From NCBI GenBank assembly GCA_035256645.1, contig DATEXU010000194.1, forward strand, positions 1 through 37,530: a stretch of DNA of 37,530 nt, given 5' to 3'. Source of the stretch: Thermodesulfobacteriota bacterium. Lineage in GTDB: Bacteria > Desulfobacterota > WTBG01 > JAGOGO01. A model generated the notes under the pieces. The model was not told the DNA's origin. It made no database searches and worked only from the letters and a program-made list of their open reading frames with translations. This document shows, piece by piece, positions 15,549-23,895 of the stretch. The stretch's first letter is position 1. Every line of letters begins with the position of its first letter. A program made the position numbers and the translations under genes.

Positions 15549-17996
15549 ATGATTTTCAAAAACCAAAAAGACCAGCTGGTACCGTTTGATCGGGAAAAAG
15601 AAAAAGCGTATCCTCTTTTGCCGTTGCGGGATATCGTGCTTTTCCCGTATATGGTTGTTCCCCTCTTTGTCGGCCGCGCCAAGTCCATAAAGGCTTTGGA
15701 AGAGGCCTTAAACAAAGAAAAACTTGTTTTTTTAGCCACCCAGAGAAAAGCCAAGGATGACAATCCCGTGGAAAACGACATCCATAGTGCCGGCACACTG
15801 GGAACGGTCCTCCAGCTCCTTCGGCTTCCCGATGGAGGAGTAAAGGTCTTAGTCGAAGGGAAAAAACGCGGAGTCATCCAGGAGTTTTCACCTCATCCGG
15901 ATTTCTTTCAGGTTTACGTGAGAGAAATTGAAGACGCTACCGAGATCACCCCTGAAGTTGAAGCCCTGATGCGGCGCGCACACTCCACCTTCGAAAACTA
16001 CGTCAAGCTGAGTAAAAAAGTTCCGCCCGAGATGCTGGTTTCCGTCAGCACGATCGATCAACCGAACCGGCTTACCGACACCATTGCCGCCCATCTGAGC
16101 TTGAAGCTTGATGACAAACAGAAACTTTTAGAAATTGAAAACGGGAAGGAACGGCTGGAAAAGCTCTACGGTTTTATGGAGGCAGAAATCGAGATCCTCG
16201 AGATCGAGAAAAAAATCCGCAACCGCGTCAAAAAACAGATGGAGAAAACCCAGAAGGAATACTACCTCTCCGAGCAGATGCGCGCGATCCAAAAGGAAAT
16301 GGGCGACCGCGATGATATAACCACGGAACTCAAAGACCTCGAAGACCAGATAAAAAAGAAAAAGATGTCTTCGGAAGCAACCGACAAGGTAAAAAAAGAA
16401 TTTAAGAAGCTCAAGATGATGCCCCCGATGTCCGCGGAAGTTACGGTCGTACGAAACTACATCGACTGGATACTCTCGCTTCCCTGGTTTGAAAAAACCG
16501 AAGCCAAACTCAATATTGATGAAGCCGCCCGCATCCTTGAAGAAGACCACTACGGACTTAAAGACCCCAAAGAACGCATCCTGGAGTATTTAGCGGTCCA
16601 GGGTCTGGTGGAAAAACTCAAAGGCCCGATCCTTTGCTTTGTCGGCCCGCCTGGAGTTGGGAAGACCTCGTTAGCCAAGTCTATCGCCCGGGCCACCGGA
16701 CGAAACTTTGTCCGCATTTCCTTGGGCGGGGTTAGGGATGAAGCTGAAATCCGGGGCCATCGACGCACCTATATCGGAGCTTTACCCGGAAAAATCCTTC
16801 AGTACCTCAAGAAAGCTGGTTCTAATAATCCGGTTTTTCTCCTCGATGAAGTAGATAAAATGAGCGCGGATTTCCGCGGTGATCCTTCCGCGGCGCTCCT
16901 TGAGGTCTTAGACCCGGAACAAAACCATGCTTTTAACGACCATTATATTGATGTAGATTATGACTTATCAGAGGTCATGTTCATTACCACCGCGAATTTA
17001 GTGGATCCGATCATTCCTGCGTTACGGGATAGAATGGAGATCATTCGTCTCCCCGGATACACTGAAGATGAAAAGCTGCGTATTGCCCGTCAATTTCTCA
17101 TTCCGAAACAAATAAAAGAAAACGGTTTGACGGAGAAAAATCTCGCGTTTACTGACAACGGCATCCTTACCATTATCCGGCGCTTTACCCGGGAGGCCGG
17201 GGTCAGGAACTTGGAGCGGGAGATATCTTCTATCTGTCGTAAAATTGCTAAGGAAGTCATTCGCAAAGGCAGAGAGAGCCATTACCAGATTACTGCTCAG
17301 AATATTTCCAAGTATTTGGGAGTGTATAAGTTTAGATACGGCAAGACCGAAGAAAAAGATGAGATCGGCATGACCACCGGACTGGCCTGGACCGAAGCCG
17401 GCGGTGAGCTTCTGTCCATAGAGGCAACCATCATGCCGGGAAAAGGCAAACTGCTTCTGACCGGCAAACTGGGAGACGTGATGCAGGAATCTGCCCAGGC
17501 AGCATTAACCTATGTCCGTTCCCGCGGGGAATATCTGAGTTTGGATAAAGATTTTTTTCAGAATATTGATATCCATATCCATGTCCCTGAAGGCGCGATC
17601 CCCAAGGATGGCCCATCCGCGGGTGTGGCTATGGCTACCTCATTAGCATCAGCGCTCACGAAAAAGCCGGTTCGCAAAGATATCGCGATGACCGGAGAAA
17701 TTACCCTCCGCGGCAAGGTGCTTCCCATCGGCGGATTAAAAGAGAAACTTATTGCCGCTCACCGCGGGAATGTTACCTGTGTGATCATTCCCCGCGATAA
17801 TGAAAAAGACCTTAAAGAAATCCCGTCCCGGGTAAAAAAAGACTTGAAGATTGTTCTCGCCGACCATGTTGATGAAGTGCTTCGGCGGGCGCTTATTTTG
17901 GATAACCCGGAAAAATTTTTAAAAGAAAAATTCGAGCGCACCGAAGAGTTCTTTAAATCCTCCACTCAAAAGGTGGGTGAAGTAGTAACCCATTAA
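15549..17996 (+). CDS. lon: Lon protease (LonA type)
   Basis: 815 aa. N-terminal LON domain ([15 protein letters not shown]), Walker [10 protein letters not shown], protease motif PKDGPSAG. Confidence 0.97.
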   Translation: MIFKNQKDQLVPFDREKEKAYPLLPLRDIVLFPYMVVPLFVGRAKSIKALEEALNKEKLVFLATQRKAKDDNPVENDIHSAGTLGTVLQLLRLPDGGVKVLVEGKKRGVIQEFSPHPDFFQVYVREIEDATEITPEVEALMRRAHSTFENYVKLSKKVPPEMLVSVSTIDQPNRLTDTIAAHLSLKLDDKQKLLEIENGKERLEKLYGFMEAEIEILEIEKKIRNRVKKQMEKTQKEYYLSEQMRAIQKEMGDRDDITTELKDLEDQIKKKKMSSEATDKVKKEFKKLKMMPPMSAEVTVVRNYIDWILSLPWFEKTEAKLNIDEAARILEEDHYGLKDPKERILEYLAVQGLVEKLKGPILCFVGPPGVGKTSLAKSIARATGRNFVRISLGGVRDEAEIRGHRRTYIGALPGKILQYLKKAGSNNPVFLLDEVDKMSADFRGDPSAALLEVLDPEQNHAFNDHYIDVDYDLSEVMFITTANLVDPIIPALRDRMEIIRLPGYTEDEKLRIARQFLIPKQIKENGLTEKNLAFTDNGILTIIRRFTREAGVRNLEREISSICRKIAKEVIRKGRESHYQITAQNISKYLGVYKFRYGKTEEKDEIGMTTGLAWTEAGGELLSIEATIMPGKGKLLLTGKLGDVMQESAQAALTYVRSRGEYLSLDKDFFQNIDIHIHVPEGAIPKDGPSAGVAMATSLASALTKKPVRKDIAMTGEITLRGKVLPIGGLKEKLIAAHRGNVTCVIIPRDNEKDLKEIPSRVKKDLKIVLADHVDEVLRRALILDNPEKFLKEKFERTEEFFKSSTQKVGEVVTH

Positions 17997-18016
17997 ACGT
18001 GCCGAAGCCCTTTTAC

Positions 18017-18089
18017 GGGCGGATAGCTCAGCTGGGAGAGCGCCGGCCTTACAAGCCGGATGTCACAGGTTCGAACCCTGTTCCGCCTA
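18017..18089 (+). tRNA. tRNA-Val (anticodon UAC)
   Basis: Hand-folded 73 nt. Acceptor gggcgga/tccgcct (G1-U72), D arm gctc/gagc, anticodon arm ccggc-cttacaa-gccgg, T arm acagg-ttcgaac-cctgt. No encoded CCA. Confidence 0.88.
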
Positions 18090-18138
18090 TTGAATAATTG
18101 CAAGGAGTTAACGACTCAGATAAATCAAATAACTTTAC

Positions 18139-18277
18139 CCTAAATTGAGCGATTTTTGTTTGCTAAGGCGCCCAAACCACGGTAGGACAGCCGTCCCGGC
18201 TGTCCGGTCATTTCACCCTTCAAGACAGGCGAGACGCCTGTCCTACTGGTTTTGTAATGAAAATCGCTCAATTTAGG
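18139..18277. repeat. Nested palindromic (MITE/REP-like) element
   Basis: Perfect 18-bp inverted repeat cctaaattgagcgatttt (18139..18156) / aaaatcgctcaatttagg (18260..18277). It encloses two related GC hairpins, ggacagcc-gtccc-ggctgtcc and gacaggc-gagac-gcctgtc. TTTA (or TTTACCC) occurs on both flanks. Confidence 0.7.
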
Positions 18278-18340
18278 TTTACCCAAGATACTAATTGTTC
18301 TGCTATCATAACTGAAGAAAAAAGTACCTAAGGTGAACAA

Positions 18341-18538
18341 ATGAAAACCAAAATAAAAATGGTTTACTGGAAAGGTGAAAAATTCTGGGTAGGTAAACTC
18401 GTTGAACATCCTGAAATAATGACGCAGGGAGAGACATTAGAAGAACTTGAGGAAAACATGAAAGATGCATATATCATTATGACGATGGAGGACGTTCCGG
18501 AGAAACATAAAGTTAAAGAACTTACCCTCGCGGTATGA
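18341..18538 (+). CDS. hicB: HicB-like antitoxin (short, single-domain form)
   Basis: 65 aa, MKTKIKMVYWKGEKFWVGKLVEHPEIMTQGETLEELEENMKDAY. aaggtga SD. ATGA overlap with the downstream hicA. Confidence 0.75.
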   Translation: MKTKIKMVYWKGEKFWVGKLVEHPEIMTQGETLEELEENMKDAYIIMTMEDVPEKHKVKELTLAV

Positions 18539-18708
18539 AAAGAAAAGATCTTATCAAAAAGCTGACTGATTCAGGATGTATTCTCGTCAGACACGGAAGC
18601 CGCCACGACTTATACAAAAATCCTACCACCGGGAAAAAGCAGCCGGTTCCAAGGCATAATGAAATAGACGAAAACATAGCGAAGCATATAATAAAAGAAT
18701 TGACATAG
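18535..18708 (+). CDS. hicA: HicA-family mRNA interferase toxin
   Basis: 57-aa ORF, not in the supplied track and hand-translated: MKRKDLIKKLTDSGCILVRHGSRHDLYKNPTTGKKQPVPRHNEIDENIAKHIIKEL. This is the classic HicA/YcfA pattern (G..H....P......IP.H.EI). Confidence 0.8.
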   Translation: MKRKDLIKKLTDSGCILVRHGSRHDLYKNPTTGKKQPVPRHNEIDENIAKHIIKELT

Positions 18709-18718
18709 CAAAAAATCC

Positions 18719-18782
18719 AACGGATGGCTAATATCGGAGAGGCAAACGCCGGAGGTCGTAGGTTCGAAACCTGCTTCGCCTA
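18719..18782 (+). pseudogene. Degenerate tRNA-Val copy lacking the anticodon arm
   Basis: cggatggctaatatcggagag aligns with the D-arm region of tRNA-Val. gccggaggtcgtaggttcgaaacctgcttcgcctattgaat aligns with its 3' part (35 of 42 positions by eye). The T stem keeps pairing through compensatory changes. The acceptor no longer pairs and the anticodon stem-loop is missing. Confidence 0.6.
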
Positions 18783-18900
18783 TTGAATGAAAAACAAAAA
18801 GGCCTGATTTTTTTCAGGCCTTTTTGTTTTTTGAATTATTTTCAACAATAACCCCGGTCCTTTACTTTTTTGTTGACTTTTATCCTGGTTAAAATTAAAA
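18776..18900 (+). repeat. ~125-bp repeat, copy A (tRNA-3'-end-like lead, terminator hairpin, conserved tail)
   Basis: Aligns by eye over its whole length with 27727..27850, roughly three-quarters or more identical. A 19-nt identical block, aaaaaggcctgattttttt, is included. Confidence 0.7.
18796..18830 (+). terminator. Rho-independent terminator (potentially bidirectional)
   Basis: A-run, then stem ggcctga / tcaggcc with a 6-nt T loop, then tttttgtttttt. Confidence 0.75.
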
Positions 18901-19118
18901 AGGAGAAAAAATATAAACCCAAAAAAGATAAGTAGCGGAGAGGAAAAGGGTGTCTTTGATGGGAAGGATTTTTAAGATTGATGAGAATATCAAATTAAGG
19001 CCGAATTGCTGAATAAGAAAGCGATGGGGCTTTTTTTGTTTTGGGCACTGCCCAATCAGCTAACTAACTTCATCACATTCACTTGAAGCGAACAAATATT
19101 TATTTTTGTAAAAACGAT

Positions 19119-19147
19119 TTGACAGAGACAAGAATCATCGTTATTAT
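19119..19147 (+). promoter_or_regulatory. Sigma70-type promoter for brnTA
   Basis: TTGACA (19119..19124), a 17-nt spacer, then TATTAT (19142..19147), about 30 nt upstream of the brnT ATG. Confidence 0.55.
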
Positions 19148-19175
19148 GTAACCGAGAATACAATAGGCACACGCC

Positions 19176-19454
19176 ATGAAATATTTTGACTGGAATGATG
19201 AGAAAAATGAAATGCTCAAGAAAGTAAGAGGCGTGTCGTTTGAACAGGTCGAATTGGCCATTGCATTAGGAGATATGGTTGACAGAATAAAACATCCAAA
19301 TCCGACAAAATATCCGGATCAGGAGGTTTTTTTGGTAAAGATTGAGAATTATATTTATTCGGTGCCATATATTGAGGATAACGGGAAAATATTTTTAAAA
19401 ACAATAATACCAAATAGCAAAGCAACAAAAAAGTATTTGGGAGGCAAGGAATGA
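19176..19454 (+). CDS. brnT: BrnT-family (DUF497) toxin
   Basis: 92 aa. FDWNDEKNEMLKKVRGVSFEQV at the N-terminus and SKATKKY near the C-terminus. ATGA overlap with the antitoxin gene. Confidence 0.75.
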   Translation: MKYFDWNDEKNEMLKKVRGVSFEQVELAIALGDMVDRIKHPNPTKYPDQEVFLVKIENYIYSVPYIEDNGKIFLKTIIPNSKATKKYLGGKE

Positions 19455-19729
19455 AGAAACCGGCATATTTGGACAAAGACGAAATGGAATTGGCAAAATC
19501 ACTTGAGAATGAAAAATGGATTTCCGACCTCACTAAGAAACAAAAAAAACAATACGAGGAATACGCCCGCTACAGCCTGGGCAAACGAAAGCGGATTAAT
19601 ATCCGAATGAGTGAACGAGATTTAAAGAAGATTCAGGCTAAAGCAATTGAAGAGGGGATACCGTATCAATCCCTCATATCAATGTTGATTCACAAATACA
19701 ATGAGGGGAAATTATCGTTTAATCGATAA
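19451..19729 (+). CDS. brnA: BrnA/CopG-type ribbon-helix-helix antitoxin
   Basis: 92 aa. C-terminal RKRINIRMSERDLKKIQAKAIEEGIPYQSLISMLIHKY is typical of antitoxins paired with DUF497 toxins. Confidence 0.75.
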   Translation: MKKPAYLDKDEMELAKSLENEKWISDLTKKQKKQYEEYARYSLGKRKRINIRMSERDLKKIQAKAIEEGIPYQSLISMLIHKYNEGKLSFNR

Positions 19730-19766
19730 ACAGCCTATCATCTATATGACCTTTCTTGGTCAGGGG

Positions 19767-19867
19767 AACCCCGTTAGAAGGCTTTCACAGGGGGCATTTA
19801 CCCCGTGATTTTTCACCCTGTTAGATATTTGATATCTAATAGGCAAGCGGTGCCTTTCTACCGGGGT
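19767..19867 (+). repeat. MITE-like structured repeat, copy 1
   Basis: A 28-nt block, aaccccgttagaaggctttcacaggggg, is identical to 36708..36735. Imperfect terminal inverted repeats accccgttagaaggc / gcctttctaccggggt. Internal hairpins gggg-cattta-cccc and ttagatat-ttg-atatctaa. Confidence 0.7.
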
Positions 19868-19907
19868 GAACGTGACAGAAAGAAGTAGATGGGTGAGGTC
19901 TTATTAA

Positions 19908-20054
19908 ATGAAAATCAATTGCCAGGAACACCGAAAAACCATGGAACTCCTTGGCCTCAGGAAGAAACTAAAAAAAGGCATTTCTGACCCAAAAGAATTG
20001 AATGAGGTCAAAGAACGGATCAGGACCCTTGAGAAAGAACTCGGGCTGGATTGA
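19908..20054 (+). CDS. Hypothetical 48-aa protein
   Basis: Hand-translated: MKINCQEHRKTMELLGLRKKLKKGISDPKELNEVKERIRTLEKELGLD. SD ggtgagg lies ~9 nt upstream. Predicted helical/coiled. Confidence 0.4.
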   Translation: MKINCQEHRKTMELLGLRKKLKKGISDPKELNEVKERIRTLEKELGLD

Positions 20055-20131
20055 AATCGTATAAAATGGGTGAAACAAAGGATTCTTAACAACGGGATAT
20101 TATACGGATCAATATAAACATTGGTAGAACG

Positions 20132-20446
20132 ATGAAGAATACGGATAAGACAGAACAACGATCTCAACCATCTGAAGATGAACATGGTAAGAGGAAAATA
20201 TCGCCATTTGGGCATTTGTTCAGATTCATCGGTTGGTGGTTTGGATTTACGGGTCTTTACGCGACATTCGCTGTTTGTCCATTTTGTGGTCAACAAGGAT
20301 GCCCAGTTGGGTTGGCATCAGCAGGGACAGTTGGAGCGTTTCTGACTCTTTGTTTTCAGGACTGGAAACGCTTTTTCAGATTCATCAAGAAGAAGTTAAC
20401 GAAAGAGAAAAAAGTAGAAATAGTTCTGACCATTCGCTCCCTTTGA
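20132..20446 (+). CDS. Hypothetical small membrane protein with CPFCGQQGCP motif
   Basis: 104 aa. Two hydrophobic segments (FIGWWFGFTGLYATFAV, AGTVGAFLTLCF) flank a CxxCxxxC motif. Basic C-terminal tail. Confidence 0.45.
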   Translation: MKNTDKTEQRSQPSEDEHGKRKISPFGHLFRFIGWWFGFTGLYATFAVCPFCGQQGCPVGLASAGTVGAFLTLCFQDWKRFFRFIKKKLTKEKKVEIVLTIRSL

Positions 20447-20557
20447 TCGATCTTCCTTTGCCGCTCCACAGTGTGGTAGGTGATCAATACGTGCCAATAA
20501 GAAAGGCGATCGGCTTTTTTAAATATTACCAGCACGTTACAGAAAGGAGTAATCAAT

Positions 20558-20872
20558 ATGAAAAAAATAACGATCTTAATTCGCTATTTTATCGTTCTTG
20601 CCCTGATCGTTGCTTTTGTGGCCTGTGCCTCGTCACGCAAACATGAAAGCACCGGGCAATACGTTGACGATACGGTCATCACCACCAAGGTAAAATCTCT
20701 GATTGCCGCTGATGATTTCCTCAAGTCATTCGACATCAGTGTCGAAACTTATAAAGGTATCGTTCAGATGAGCGGCTTCGTGGATTCGCAAAAAGCCGTC
20801 AGTAAAGCGGGGCAGATTGCCCGGAGCGTCAAAGGAGTCAGAGACGTAAAGAACGATCTGATCGTGAAATAG
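20558..20872 (+). CDS. BON-domain lipoprotein (OsmY-like)
   Basis: 104 aa, aaaggag SD. Lipobox LIVAFVAC. BON pattern DDTVITTKVKSLI...VETYKGIVQMSGFVDSQ...VKGVRDVKNDL. Confidence 0.85.
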   Translation: MKKITILIRYFIVLALIVAFVACASSRKHESTGQYVDDTVITTKVKSLIAADDFLKSFDISVETYKGIVQMSGFVDSQKAVSKAGQIARSVKGVRDVKNDLIVK

Positions 20873-20983
20873 GCGCCCGCTAACTTTTCCCTCATGGGCA
20901 GGCGATTGCTGCGGCACGTAACCATTGCTGACTATGTGCCTCACCAACACGGTAAGCCACAGGATAAAGTTCAGAGCTGAAGG

Positions 20984-21514
20984 TTAAATGTAGTGGGCAA
21001 GAACCCGGCGGCTGGCGGAATCGAGTCGGCGCATATCCGGGATAAGGTATCGGATCCGGTGGGCGTCAATAATGAGAATCCGGTAGGTGCTCAGCCGGTG
21101 GATATCATCTTCATCATTGAGGACAAAACAGGTCTCACCCCGGTCGGTTTCAATCTGCCACTCCGATGGTTCAAAGCGCGATGATATCCCCATAATCTTT
21201 TTAATGATCGGAAGAAATTCGCGAACACCCAATTCTTCCGACAATATGTGACGAACCTGGCCGGGAAGTTGATTCAAATCCTCGATGCAGATTATTTCAT
21301 TACCATCCGCGTCACAAATGGAAACCCAGTGTTCCGGATCGGAAATCGGGAATATGCGGATGGGCTTCACGTCTATGTGCTCCCGCCCCTTTTGATCACA
21401 AAGCACCAAACAGCCCAAAGAATCCCGGAAAAGAGAAAAACCTTCTTTTATATCCGCATCATCCTTCTTCTCAAGGCGCTCGTCATCTCTCTTAAAAGAA
21501 TTTTTCACGCACAA
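20984..21514 (-). CDS. DUF1854-domain protein (cyanophycin-associated family)
   Basis: 176 aa. IRIFPISDPEHWVSICDADGNEIICIEDL, REFLPIIKKI, SEWQIETDRGETCFVLNDEDDIHRL and LDSASRRVL match my memory of the DUF1854 consensus. It lies directly downstream of the ABC gene. Confidence 0.7.
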   Translation of the reverse strand: MCVKNSFKRDDERLEKKDDADIKEGFSLFRDSLGCLVLCDQKGREHIDVKPIRIFPISDPEHWVSICDADGNEIICIEDLNQLPGQVRHILSEELGVREFLPIIKKIMGISSRFEPSEWQIETDRGETCFVLNDEDDIHRLSTYRILIIDAHRIRYLIPDMRRLDSASRRVLAHYI

Positions 21515-21524
21515 ATTCCTTTCA

Positions 21525-23831
21525 TCACGTTGCCATTGATTGGGCCATTTCCAGGTTTACCCGATGCAACCGGGCATACGACCCTTGTTTTTCAAGCAGC
21601 TCAGCGTGACGGCCAACTTCAATGATTTGACCCCGTTCGATAACCACCAAACGGTCGGCACGCCGGAGCGTGCTTAACCGGTGAGCAATCGCTATGGTTG
21701 TCCGGCCCTGAACAAGATTTTCAAGCGCCCGTTGAATCTCTTTCTCCGTTTCCACATCCACGGAAGAGGTTGCCTCATCAAGGATGAGTATAGCCGGATC
21801 AATGAGAAGCGCCCGGGCAATGCCGATTCGCTGGCGCTCACCTCCGGAGAGAAATTGACCGCGTTCGCCCGCCAGGGTATCGTAGCCGTCGGGAAGTCTG
21901 AGAATAAACTCATGAGCGCAGGCAGCTCGTGCCGCCCTGATAATTTCGCTTCGCGCGGCATCGGGCTTCCCATAGGCGATATTCTCGGCAATGGTCCCGT
22001 AAAATAAAAAAGATTCCTGCAAAACGATCCCGATATTGTGCCGGTATCCTTCGATGGAAAACCGTCTGATGTCAGTACCATCAACCATAAGCGCGCCCTC
22101 GTAGACATCATAGAACCGGCACACCAAATTAATCAAAGTGCTCTTGCCCGCGCCCGTGGGCCCTACCAAACCAATCATCTCTCCCGGTCTGATTTTTAAA
22201 TTCACGTTGTCAATCACCCGGCGGCTGCCATAACGAAACCCAACATGGGAAAATTCGATCTCGCCGCGGAATCGTCCGGGAATGATCGGATTAACAACCT
22301 CGGGAACACTTGGCACTCGATCCAGAATTTCAAACACCCGGTGCGCGCTCGCGGCCGTGCGTTGTACCGCTGAAACCATCTTGATCATCGCCTCTAACCG
22401 AGCATAAAAACGGCTGATATACGCCAGAAAGGCGGTAAGAACACCCACCGTAATGTGGTGCTGAAAAACCTGCCAGGCGCCGAAGATCCAAACAACCAGC
22501 AAACCCGCATCCGTGAGCAAGGTCACCATCGGCCCAAAAAAAGACCAGGTAGTATTGATACAATCGTTAGCCTGAAGAACCCGCGTATTGCATTCCTGAA
22601 ATCGGTCAATTTCACGCTGTTCTTGGGCGAATGCCTTAACCACGCGCATCCCGGGAATCGTATCCGCCAGCACGCTCGTCATATCAGCCCAGGCGCGACT
22701 TCCCAGAGAAAAGCCACGCCGGAGAACCGTTCTCACCCGATGGGTAAGCCACAGGATCACAGGAAACGGGCAGAGTGTCACGATTGCCAAAAAAGGGTTA
22801 ATACTTAAAAGAATGGCCGCGGTCATGATGATCATCAACACATCCGAGCCAAACTCCAATAAAGAGACGGACAAAAAATAACAAATACGATCACTATCAG
22901 TACTGACCCGGGAAATAAGATCACCGGTACGTTTTTCTCCGAAAAACTCTAAGGATAAACGATGCAAATGAGGATAGGTAATAGTTCTTAAGTTGGCGCT
23001 GACGCGTTCGCTGACCCATGCCAGAACATAGGTGCGCGCCCAGCCAAGCAGCCAGGCAAGGAGCGCAGCAGCTGCCAAACCGAAGAGGTACCATCCCACC
23101 AGATGGAAATCAACCGTCTTACCGCTCTGGTAAGGGATCAGGACCTTATCAAGGAGGGGCATGGTAATATAAGGCGGTACCAGACCAGCGGCGATACTGG
23201 CCACGCTCAGCAGAAAGCCTATGGTGATCATGCCGGTCCAGGGCCGGGCAAATTTAAACAACCGGAATAACGATCGTGCCGGCGGAGGAGCAGCCGCAGG
23301 AGCGTAGTCCAACAGTACCGCGTGTTCCCCATCGCACGGCACCCCCGTGGTAGTTTCCGTTAAGGATGAGGTCGCGTCGGCTTTTTCTTTATCGCTTTCC
23401 TTAAGCTCCAGAAAGCGCTCTACCAGACGATGCGCGTGGACTTTTTGACTGGTGGTGAACTTCCACCGGGTAAGCAGATGAGCGGTATCGAGAAGATGAA
23501 GGGTTCCTATTCCTTTGTGCTCAGTAGCCCGTAAAGAGACGATCGAGGTGAGTGACCAGGTCTTGAAAACTCTATCGCTATCGGGCGCGTCCCCTTTTTT
23601 TGTCCTTCTCAAGAACTTTGAAATAAATGATTGTGAAAAAGCATGGTGCTTTGCCTGAGGGTGGGGTTGAATGCTGATCAGCGCGCGGTTGGTGAGGACG
23701 ACCAAGCCATAGGCATAATGGAGACGGCTGTCTAAGTCCGGCGCAAACCAGGCTAACGGGATCTCACCCTCGCTCAAGAAACCGTTTATCTGTGCTTGGA
23801 ACTCAACCGGGAATTCCTTAATCTCAGACAA
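21525..23831 (-). CDS. ABC exporter (fused TMD-NBD, type I exporter fold) with ~185-aa N-terminal cytoplasmic extension
   Basis: 768 aa with six hydrophobic helices. Walker A GPTGAGKST, signature LSGGERQRIGIARAL, Walker B ILILDEATSSVD. Confidence 0.9.
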   Translation of the reverse strand: MSEIKEFPVEFQAQINGFLSEGEIPLAWFAPDLDSRLHYAYGLVVLTNRALISIQPHPQAKHHAFSQSFISKFLRRTKKGDAPDSDRVFKTWSLTSIVSLRATEHKGIGTLHLLDTAHLLTRWKFTTSQKVHAHRLVERFLELKESDKEKADATSSLTETTTGVPCDGEHAVLLDYAPAAAPPPARSLFRLFKFARPWTGMITIGFLLSVASIAAGLVPPYITMPLLDKVLIPYQSGKTVDFHLVGWYLFGLAAAALLAWLLGWARTYVLAWVSERVSANLRTITYPHLHRLSLEFFGEKRTGDLISRVSTDSDRICYFLSVSLLEFGSDVLMIIMTAAILLSINPFLAIVTLCPFPVILWLTHRVRTVLRRGFSLGSRAWADMTSVLADTIPGMRVVKAFAQEQREIDRFQECNTRVLQANDCINTTWSFFGPMVTLLTDAGLLVVWIFGAWQVFQHHITVGVLTAFLAYISRFYARLEAMIKMVSAVQRTAASAHRVFEILDRVPSVPEVVNPIIPGRFRGEIEFSHVGFRYGSRRVIDNVNLKIRPGEMIGLVGPTGAGKSTLINLVCRFYDVYEGALMVDGTDIRRFSIEGYRHNIGIVLQESFLFYGTIAENIAYGKPDAARSEIIRAARAACAHEFILRLPDGYDTLAGERGQFLSGGERQRIGIARALLIDPAILILDEATSSVDVETEKEIQRALENLVQGRTTIAIAHRLSTLRRADRLVVIERGQIIEVGRHAELLEKQGSYARLHRVNLEMAQSMAT

Positions 23832-23895
23832 GTAATAAAACTCCTTTTTTCGTTTTGAGGTGATTTATCGAGAACACGGATTAGATTTTGAGGTT

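Noticed and set aside
18140-18409. 89-aa minus-strand ORF
   Set aside because: It runs through the palindromic element and into the hicB start region. There is no SD or family resemblance, and the inverted-repeat structure explains the sequence better.
19904-20296. 130-aa minus-strand ORF
   Set aside because: The plus-strand alternative is preferred: a 48-aa ORF with a good SD plus a membrane protein with a Cys motif. The minus-strand translation is low-complexity, Ser/Phe/Arg-rich. This remains uncertain.
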